This document shows, in pieces, positions 17,880 to 24,601 of a stretch of 47,309 nucleotides of DNA; position 1 is the first letter of the stretch; each line of letters starts with the position of its first letter. A program made the translations under genes and the position numbers. The DNA comes from a virus (lineage: Duplodnaviria; Caudoviricetes). Under the pieces are notes generated by a model that saw only the letters and a program-made list of their open reading frames with translations, ran no database searches and was not told the DNA's origin. The stretch lies in IMG/VR virus record IMGVR_UViG_3300002092_001330, positions 1 through 47,309 of that record. One strand, given 5' to 3'.

Positions 17880-18265
17880 TTGTATATTCTCTCAATAAAA
17901 TCAATTTTTAAAAATTCTACTTGCGCCGCATATAGATTAGAATTACGCGTTAAATAGCGGCGCGCGGCGGCTTCAGGGCTCTCATCCGTAAAAAATAGCT
18001 CGTTAGCCTCTCGTATACAATTAAGCGTTTTATCTATATAGCTAAAAAAAACCGTTCCAGCGGCTTGTGGGGTTTTTATATCGCTCGCCGTATAATTTAT
18101 TTCAAAAAACCCCGTTTTGTTGCCGTTAGAATCATATATTGCGCCGCTATTTGCGCCGCCTGATATTTTCCTAATAACGGCGCTCAAATTGGCCTCAATT
18201 TCAAGCGCGCGCCCGTCGCCCTCATAAGCCGCGTTATCTAGCATAAGTTTTATATCTAATTGCAT
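17876..18265 (-). CDS. Hypothetical early protein
   Basis: DNAAY...GAIYDSNGNKTG; AAGGGG RBS. Confidence 0.75.
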   Translation of the reverse strand: MQLDIKLMLDNAAYEGDGRALEIEANLSAVIRKISGGANSGAIYDSNGNKTGFFEINYTASDIKTPQAAGTVFFSYIDKTLNCIREANELFFTDESPEAAARRYLTRNSNLYAAQVEFLKIDFIERIYK

Positions 18266-18405
18266 TTTTTCCCCTTTATTTCAAAAATTGTATTTGCGGC
18301 GTTTTTTAATTGTTTTTTTAACTCTATATTTTCGTTTTTAAGCGCGTTAAATTTAATTTGTAACTCAATAAATTTTTGCGCTATTGCTATTTTTTGACTA
18401 TCCAT
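18256..18405 (-). CDS. Hypothetical 49-aa coiled-coil protein (not in ORF track)
   Basis: MDSQKIAIAQKFIELQIKFNALKNENIELKKQLKNAANTIFEIKGKKCN; GAGGGG RBS. Confidence 0.65.
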   Translation of the reverse strand: MDSQKIAIAQKFIELQIKFNALKNENIELKKQLKNAANTIFEIKGKKCN

Positions 18406-18418
18406 TTTTAAGCCCCTC

Positions 18419-19144
18419 TCAATAATCAGTATTAAAAAAACCGTTAATTAAACAATCCCCCGCGGCCTTACCTAATGCGTTTAATTGATCTTGATCATAA
18501 GGCGCGCCCTCGATCGGATCTGTAAAGCCGTCGCCGTCGCGATAATCTAAACTCACGCCGTTTATATCAAAAAAACAGTAATTATCAAATAAAGCGTAGG
18601 GCTCGCAAAATTCAACAAATTTAAAAAGTTTTGCATCTGTATAGCCGCCGCGAATATCGGCGCCCCCGTGTATTTGTAGTAAAACGTAAAAATCCCCGTT
18701 ATTTTCTAAAATATGGCCTTGAATATCTTGCGACAAATTAGAATCAAAATTATACGAATTAAAGCCGCCTTTAAAATAATTGCGCGATTCTATAAACCCG
18801 TTATCATTTAGCCAATTTTCCCCCGCCTCGCTAACGCCGTAATAGCCGCCGCGCCAATCATCGACGGGTAACGCGTTAAATGTGTTACATAATTTAGTTA
18901 AACGTAAACACGCGTTTAATTTATGGTATAAACTAACGCCCACAATAAAATCATAACTTTTAAGGCCGTTATATACGCCGCTTGATATATCAAGATAGGC
19001 GGGCGCCTCGCTCTCAAAATCGGCCATTGTTTTATTGGCGTTGCGTTGCCACGCGCGGCCGCTATCGCCGCCGCTATCTAAAAAATGAATACCTGTATTT
19101 TCTGTTAATAGTGCATAAATTGTATTTTTTAATTTATCGCTCAT
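18419..19144 (-). CDS. Hypothetical early protein (LTENTG-HFLDSGG-GRAWQRN type)
   Basis: 241-codon ORF, AAGGA RBS; also QIHGGADIRGGYTD. Confidence 0.85.
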   Translation of the reverse strand: MSDKLKNTIYALLTENTGIHFLDSGGDSGRAWQRNANKTMADFESEAPAYLDISSGVYNGLKSYDFIVGVSLYHKLNACLRLTKLCNTFNALPVDDWRGGYYGVSEAGENWLNDNGFIESRNYFKGGFNSYNFDSNLSQDIQGHILENNGDFYVLLQIHGGADIRGGYTDAKLFKFVEFCEPYALFDNYCFFDINGVSLDYRDGDGFTDPIEGAPYDQDQLNALGKAAGDCLINGFFNTDY

Positions 19145-19164
19145 TTTTTATTTTCCTTTAATGT

Positions 19165-19278
19165 TTAGTAAATGGTAATTTTGCCGTTATAGCGGCGGGC
19201 AAATAATTGCGCGGCCGTTTTATCTGTAAATCGAATACTATATTTTTCGCCTTGAATTGAATAATGAACGATATACAT
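19165..19278 (-). CDS. Hypothetical 37-aa protein (not in ORF track)
   Basis: MYIVHYSIQGEKYSIRFTDKTAAQLFARRYNGKITIY; TAATG coupling. Confidence 0.6.
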   Translation of the reverse strand: MYIVHYSIQGEKYSIRFTDKTAAQLFARRYNGKITIY

Positions 19279-19517
19279 TAGGCCGCCCCTCTCTCAATAA
19301 ATTCTAACGCCTCAATAATGCAAGAATCGGCGCATGATAGCGCGTTAATTATTGCGCTATTTTTCCATGAAGCGCCATAATCGTTGTATAGATCACTAAT
19401 GAGCGCTTGCGCTAAAGTTAATTTTTGAATATCGCTTAATTGTTCGCTATTGGTTAGCGCGTTATTATATGCACAATACGCAAGCCCATGCGCCGCTATC
19501 TCTTGAAATAAAGACAT
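19278..19517 (-). CDS. Hypothetical early protein
   Basis: ORF in array with G-rich RBS. Confidence 0.7.
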   Translation of the reverse strand: MSLFQEIAAHGLAYCAYNNALTNSEQLSDIQKLTLAQALISDLYNDYGASWKNSAIINALSCADSCIIEALEFIERGAA

Positions 19518-19519
19518 AA

Positions 19520-19624
19520 TTAAAAACCCCCCGTTTTATAAATATAAACAAGCGCAAGCCCCGCGCCTACAATTAGCATAAATAACCCGCCTAAAATGTA
19601 ATCTTTAAAATTAGTTTTTTTCAC
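19520..19624 (-). CDS. 34-aa single-pass membrane peptide, first early gene (not in ORF track)
   Basis: GTG start after AAGGA; (M)KKTNFKDYILGGLFMLIVGAGLALVYIYKTGGF. Confidence 0.65.
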   Translation of the reverse strand: MKKTNFKDYILGGLFMLIVGAGLALVYIYKTGGF

Positions 19625-19680
19625 GTTTTTATATCCTTTAAGTTAAATTGTCACGGCCTTATTGTTGCGCCGTTATTAGT

Positions 19681-19709
19681 AATGTAAACGATTGTTTTAC
19701 AGTTAGCAA
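19681..19709 (-). promoter_or_regulatory. Sigma70 promoter of the early operon
   Basis: TTGCTA-17-TACATT on the minus strand, overlapped by TGTAAA-N7-TTTACA. Confidence 0.7.
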
Positions 19710-20019
19710 GCGTTTTTTACAAATAATTGTTAAATTGTCATTTTTATTTTTGTTTTGTTGCTAAAAAATCATAGGTTTTTTATTGTCACGGGTTTAACAA
19801 TTTTAGGGCTTTTTGGCGTATTGGTTAAATTGTTAAAAAAGTTTACGAATTTAATAAAAAACAAAAGTTTTAAAATTGTCAAAATAGGGCGCTTATTGTT
19901 ATTTTTTTGGGTTATGAATTTAAACGGTGTGACAATGAGCGCGGCCTCATAGCATACAGAAAAGCGGGGCTATTGGTTAAATTGTTAATGAGTTAATAGT
20001 AAGAATTTTTAAAATTGAA

Positions 20020-20039
20020 TACTGTATATATATACAGTA
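20020..20039. promoter_or_regulatory. LexA (SOS) box, perfect consensus
   Basis: TACTGTATATATATACAGTA, located between TTGAAT (20015-20) and TAGTTT (20038-43) with a 17-nt spacer. Confidence 0.85.
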
Positions 20040-20132
20040 GTTTATATAGTGTAATTATAGCGCTAAATAAATCGCGCGTGACAATTTGCCTATATGACAA
20101 TTCATAGGGCGGCGCTTTTTGGCCATTGTAAA

Positions 20133-20170
20133 GGGCTAATAGATAGGGGGCTAATAGATAGGGGGCTAAT
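20133..20170 (+). repeat. 15-bp tandem repeat, about 2.5 copies
   Basis: GGGCTAATAGATA GGGGGCTAATAGATA GGGGGCTAAT. Confidence 0.9.
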
Positions 20171-20320
20171 GAATTTTAGTAATTTTTTATCCCCGCCCCC
20201 CATGCTTTTAATTTTAAAGCCCCGCGCTATAACTTATTAGCCCTCAATTTTTAGCCCGTGACAATATGACAATATGATCAATACCTAAAAGCCGCTTGAT
20301 AGGGCGCGCGCCTAATACGC

Positions 20321-20428
20321 TAAGTTATTGATTTTATTAGCTTTTAGGGTTTACGGCGGGGCTTTTTGATTTTTGCTTTTTGCTTGCGGGCGGGCGGCTT
20401 GCGGCTAAAAGCCTCTAAGTATTTGATT
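20321..20428 (-). promoter_or_regulatory. Two IHF-consensus sites (inverted relative to the 15.6 kb cluster)
   Basis: TAAGTTATTGATT (20321-33) and TAAGTATTTGATT (20416-28) are exact reverse complements of WATCAANNNNTTR. Confidence 0.7.
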
Positions 20429-20669
20429 TTAAAAGATTTTTTCACCTATCAAAAAAAATGAGCCTCTCCACCCTCTTTCCCCCCACCACGCCGCACGGCT
20501 ATATGCTTTTTTGTACCTAGCTATCAGATAAAAGCCATACAAAAAAAGCCAAAAAAAATTTTTTTTTTAAATATAGTGTAAAAAATTCCTTTACATTTTA
20601 GCCTTATATTTGTGTTTTTTAGGCGTTATGCTAATATCGTATTTATTTGTTAGATAACGGGAAGTTTTT

Positions 20670-21077
20670 ATGACTACAAAACAGCGTTTTTCACCCGACC
20701 CATTATTTTACTCGATTGACTTTAAAGCCAAAAAAATAACGGCTACGGAAGAAGATTTAACGCGTATTTACGATAGCGCCTATCGAGGTCTAAAGGGGGA
20801 TACTTTAGCCCTATCTTCTGGGTACTTACCGACAGATTTTGCTATTTTGTGCGCCGCTGATGACCGCGCGGCCAATATGATTACTTACGCGCGCGCGGTA
20901 AATGAAGCAGAAATTAGTGGCGCCCTGATGAATAATGCGTTAAATGGCGATACCAAAGCAGCGGCCACTATTTTGACACATTTACATGGCTGGAAACCCG
21001 CTAAACCCGACGGCGATAGTTCGCAAGATATTCGCATTATTGTTGAAAATGCTTTGCCGGAACCTAAAATTATCTAA
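20670..21077 (+). CDS. terS: Putative terminase small subunit
   Basis: Size, position coupled to terL, GDTKAAATIL...HGW. Confidence 0.7.
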   Translation: MTTKQRFSPDPLFYSIDFKAKKITATEEDLTRIYDSAYRGLKGDTLALSSGYLPTDFAILCAADDRAANMITYARAVNEAEISGALMNNALNGDTKAAATILTHLHGWKPAKPDGDSSQDIRIIVENALPEPKII

Positions 21078-22369
21078 TGTCAGAAAATATCAAACGGGTA
21101 GTATTACCCGTTTTACATACTGGGCAAGAAGCATTATTTAATCAGCAAAATCGATTAAATGTCACCCGTTGCGGTAGGCGTTGGGGTAAAACTCGTTTTT
21201 TAGAGTGGTTAGCGGCTAAAAATGCTTGCAATCAAAAGTCGATTGGCATTTTTGCACCAGAACATAAACAGTTAGCTGAGCCGTGGGATCATCTGCGCGA
21301 TATGCTAGATCCCGTGATAAAAACTGCTAATCGTAATGATGGCACAATGAAATTAGTTGGCGGCGGGAAGATTGACTTTTGGACATTGAATGATAATGAG
21401 TTAGCTGGCCGCGGCCGTGAATATGACATGGTGCTGATTGATGAAGCGGGGTTTACTAAATCCCCGCAGATGAAAGAAGAAATTTGGTTCAAATCCATTA
21501 AGCCAACAATGCTCACAACCCGCGGGATTGCGTGGGTGTTTTCGACACCAAATGGCGTGGATCCCGACAATTTCTTTTATGCGGCTTGCAACCAAGAAGA
21601 ACTGGGATTTAGTTCTTTTCATGCGCCAACCAGCACTAATCCGTATGTACCGCTTGATGAATTAGAACGTGAACGTGTACGCAATCACCCGTTAGTTTTT
21701 AGGCAAGAGTATTTAGCAGAATTTGTTGATTGGTCAGGCGTAGCATTTTTCTCTGTCGATAAATTATTGGTTAATCACCAACCCGTGCCCTACCCCACAC
21801 GGTGCGATTCAGTATTTGCAGTAATGGATTGCGCCGTTAAAGGCGGTAGAGAGCATGATGGAACCGCCATCGTGTATTGTGCGTACAACGAAATGTTAGG
21901 GATACCGCTGACGATAATAGATTGGGATATTATCCAGATTGATGGCGCCCTACTGGAAAAATATATGCCTAGCGTTTTTGCGCGTTTGGAAGAATTTGCT
22001 AAAATGTTTAAGGCTAGATATGGCGTGGCGGGGACATTTATTGAAGATGCGGCGGCCGGGACAATACTATTACAACAAGGCCGCAGTCGCGGGTGGAATG
22101 TACATGAGATTGATAGCAAATTAACGCAAATGGGTAAAGATGAGCGCGCCATTGATGTATCAGGATACTATCACCAAGAAAAAATCAAAATAAGTGAGTT
22201 TGCGTATGATAAAACAGTTAATTTTAAAGGTTCTTCGCGTAATCACTTGCTAAATCAGTTGGCATCGTTCAGAATTGGGGATAAAGACGCTCACAAACGG
22301 GCTGATGATTTACTAGATGCGGTGGTATATAGTATCGCTATCGGCGTTGGAAATAAACTAGGATTTTAA
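21077..22369 (+). CDS. terL: Terminase large subunit
   Basis: LHTGQ, CGRRWGKT (Walker A), VLIDEAG (Walker B), STPNG, nuclease MDCA...DDLLDA. Confidence 0.95.
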   Translation: MSENIKRVVLPVLHTGQEALFNQQNRLNVTRCGRRWGKTRFLEWLAAKNACNQKSIGIFAPEHKQLAEPWDHLRDMLDPVIKTANRNDGTMKLVGGGKIDFWTLNDNELAGRGREYDMVLIDEAGFTKSPQMKEEIWFKSIKPTMLTTRGIAWVFSTPNGVDPDNFFYAACNQEELGFSSFHAPTSTNPYVPLDELERERVRNHPLVFRQEYLAEFVDWSGVAFFSVDKLLVNHQPVPYPTRCDSVFAVMDCAVKGGREHDGTAIVYCAYNEMLGIPLTIIDWDIIQIDGALLEKYMPSVFARLEEFAKMFKARYGVAGTFIEDAAAGTILLQQGRSRGWNVHEIDSKLTQMGKDERAIDVSGYYHQEKIKISEFAYDKTVNFKGSSRNHLLNQLASFRIGDKDAHKRADDLLDAVVYSIAIGVGNKLGF

Positions 22370-22378
22370 AGGTCAATT

Positions 22379-23791
22379 ATGTCTGATATATCAATCAATA
22401 ATTCGTCGGTGCCTTCTGAATTAATGCAGTTCTTAAACTCGCAAACGATTGAGCCGGGGACAGCGGCGGGCTATGAATTATGTAAAGTTATTTGGGAATA
22501 CCATCCATTAGGCGGCAAGTTAATTGAAAAACCCATTACTTTAGCGTTATCTAAACCAAGAAATGTTCACATCGACGCCCAGCCAAAAGAAATGTTGATT
22601 GATGCGTTTGAAAAAGAATGGGATTCATTAGGCGCAACGAACCACATTCGCGACGTAACGTATCTGAAAAGAGTATATGGCGCGGCGGCCATCGTCGTTG
22701 GCGCTGACAATATACCAACAACGGATTATATTGATCCTTGGCAGTTACCCTATTTAAATCTTTACTTTAACCAACTTGATCCGTTAAATACGGCGGGATC
22801 GATTGTTACCAATCAAAACCCTAATGCCCCTGATTTTCAAAAACCCCTACCCTATGTAACTGCCGCGGGGCAACCGTATCACCCCAGTAGATCCGTCGTT
22901 GTGTTTAATAACACGCCAATTTATTTAAGTTTTCAATCGTCATCTTTTGGTTTTACTGGCCGATCAGTTTTTCAACGGGCTGTATATCCGCTTAAATCCT
23001 TTGTTCAATCCATGATTACTGATGATATGGTGACAATGAAAGCCGGGCTATTAATTGTTAAACAGAAACAAGCTGGGTCAATTGTCAATCGGGCAATGCA
23101 AATTGCATCGGGTATTAAACGTACATATCTACAACAAGGTGCTACAGGTAATGTTTTAAGTATCGATGTAGATGAAGATATTGAATCTGTAGACTTAAAA
23201 AATACAGATACAGCAATGACAACTGCTAGAGATAATATTATCGCTAATATAGCGGCGGCGGCAGATGTTCCAGCTATGTTAATTAAAGATGAAGCCTTCG
23301 CTAATGGATTTGGTGAAGGTACAGAAGATAGTAAAGCTATTGTGCAATATGTTGAAGGTATAAGAGCCGACATGAGCACTTTGTTTGATTTTTTTGACAA
23401 TATAGTACAGCACAGAGCGTGGAACAGGGAGTTTTTTGAATCCGTTAAGACTGCTTACCCTGACAAATATGCCAATATGACTTATGAAGAAGCGTTTTAT
23501 AGTTGGAGAGATGCTTTTAAACCCAGTTGGCAGAGTTTAATGGAAGAACCTGTTTCTGAGCGCGTAAAAACGGATGAAGTCAAACTTAAAGGTATGACTG
23601 AAATGTTGAGAACACTTTTACCTGTTATCGACCCTGAAAATAGAGCCAGAGCAATTCAATGGGCACAAGATAATTTGGCAGAAATGCCAGATATGTTTAA
23701 AAGTTCAATGCAATTAGATATAGAAGCCATAGCTGAGTATGAGCCACCTACACCTTTAACCGCGCCAACTGAGCCACCATCTAAGGATTAA
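22379..23791 (+). CDS. Portal protein (DUF1073-like)
   Basis: Follows terL; 470 aa; RVYGAAAI, YHPSR, IAAAADVPA. Confidence 0.8.
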   Translation: MSDISINNSSVPSELMQFLNSQTIEPGTAAGYELCKVIWEYHPLGGKLIEKPITLALSKPRNVHIDAQPKEMLIDAFEKEWDSLGATNHIRDVTYLKRVYGAAAIVVGADNIPTTDYIDPWQLPYLNLYFNQLDPLNTAGSIVTNQNPNAPDFQKPLPYVTAAGQPYHPSRSVVVFNNTPIYLSFQSSSFGFTGRSVFQRAVYPLKSFVQSMITDDMVTMKAGLLIVKQKQAGSIVNRAMQIASGIKRTYLQQGATGNVLSIDVDEDIESVDLKNTDTAMTTARDNIIANIAAAADVPAMLIKDEAFANGFGEGTEDSKAIVQYVEGIRADMSTLFDFFDNIVQHRAWNREFFESVKTAYPDKYANMTYEEAFYSWRDAFKPSWQSLMEEPVSERVKTDEVKLKGMTEMLRTLLPVIDPENRARAIQWAQDNLAEMPDMFKSSMQLDIEAIAEYEPPTPLTAPTEPPSKD

Positions 23792-23793
23792 AC

Positions 23794-24591
23794 GTGACTT
23801 TCTATGAGGTAGTCACCGCCGCCATCGCCGATTTTATGCAGTATGGCTTTGACAATCAAAAAAGACTTGATTTTTGGATAGAAAAGTTACGCGAAGCGGC
23901 TGTAAAATCATTAATTACAGAAAAAGAGATGCAAAAAGAAATTGAGCGCTCTTTAAGCCAAGTATATTCTCGCTTAGTGACTAAAGGCGGTTTGTTAAAT
24001 GCGAATGTTTCTAAGTTTACGTTAGACAAATTAAAACCTAAGTTACGCGCTGAATTAGATAGGCGCATTATGGCTTCAGCCAATTTAATTAAGTATAACC
24101 GCGAAGAAACAATTAGTAATACATTAAGACGTTTCGCTGGTTGGGCTACTAGTATTCCTATCGGCGGTACAGATATTGTCGATAAGAAAAAAGAAAAGAA
24201 AAATATACGCAAAGATTTGGCCACGATAGATTTTAAAGAGCGTCGAGTTATTATTGACCAAACCCATAAATTAATTAATAATATTAACGAACTTGTGGCA
24301 ACTGATAATGGAGCAATTGCTGGGAAATGGCATAGCCATTGGAAACAACTGAACTATGATTATCGTGAAGATCATAAGGAAAGAGATGAAAAAATTTATG
24401 TTGTTCGTGGATCTTGGGCTGATAAACAAGGATATTTAAATCATCCTTATGGATATACAGATCAAATTACTCAACCCGGTGAAGAAGTTTATTGTCGATG
24501 TAATTATGTGTATTTGTATAATTTAAAACAATGCAAAGATATTTTGACAAAAAAAGGTGAATTAGCATTACAATCAATAAAAATTAAGTAG
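23794..24591 (+). CDS. Head morphogenesis protein (SPP1 gp7 / Mu gpF-like)
   Basis: IDQTHK, REDHKERD, PGEEVYCRC. Confidence 0.85.
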   Translation: MTFYEVVTAAIADFMQYGFDNQKRLDFWIEKLREAAVKSLITEKEMQKEIERSLSQVYSRLVTKGGLLNANVSKFTLDKLKPKLRAELDRRIMASANLIKYNREETISNTLRRFAGWATSIPIGGTDIVDKKKEKKNIRKDLATIDFKERRVIIDQTHKLINNINELVATDNGAIAGKWHSHWKQLNYDYREDHKERDEKIYVVRGSWADKQGYLNHPYGYTDQITQPGEEVYCRCNYVYLYNLKQCKDILTKKGELALQSIKIK

Positions 24592-24601
24592 GGTATTTTT
24601 T

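Larger units (their letters stand above)
19647..20273. repeat. Nine TGACAAT heptamers in two opposed groups (candidate origin iterons)
   Basis: ATTGTCA at 19647, 19734, 19782, 19875; TGACAAT at 19930, 20079, 20095, 20259, 20267. Confidence 0.75.

Noticed and set aside
19755-19952. 65-aa plus-strand ORF
   Set aside because: TTG start without RBS, low complexity, and it overlies the iteron array.
22379-23791. Anti-CBASS Acb1 label sometimes attached to DUF1073 proteins
   Set aside because: No appended 2H-phosphoesterase domain with paired HxT motifs is evident; size and position indicate a plain portal.
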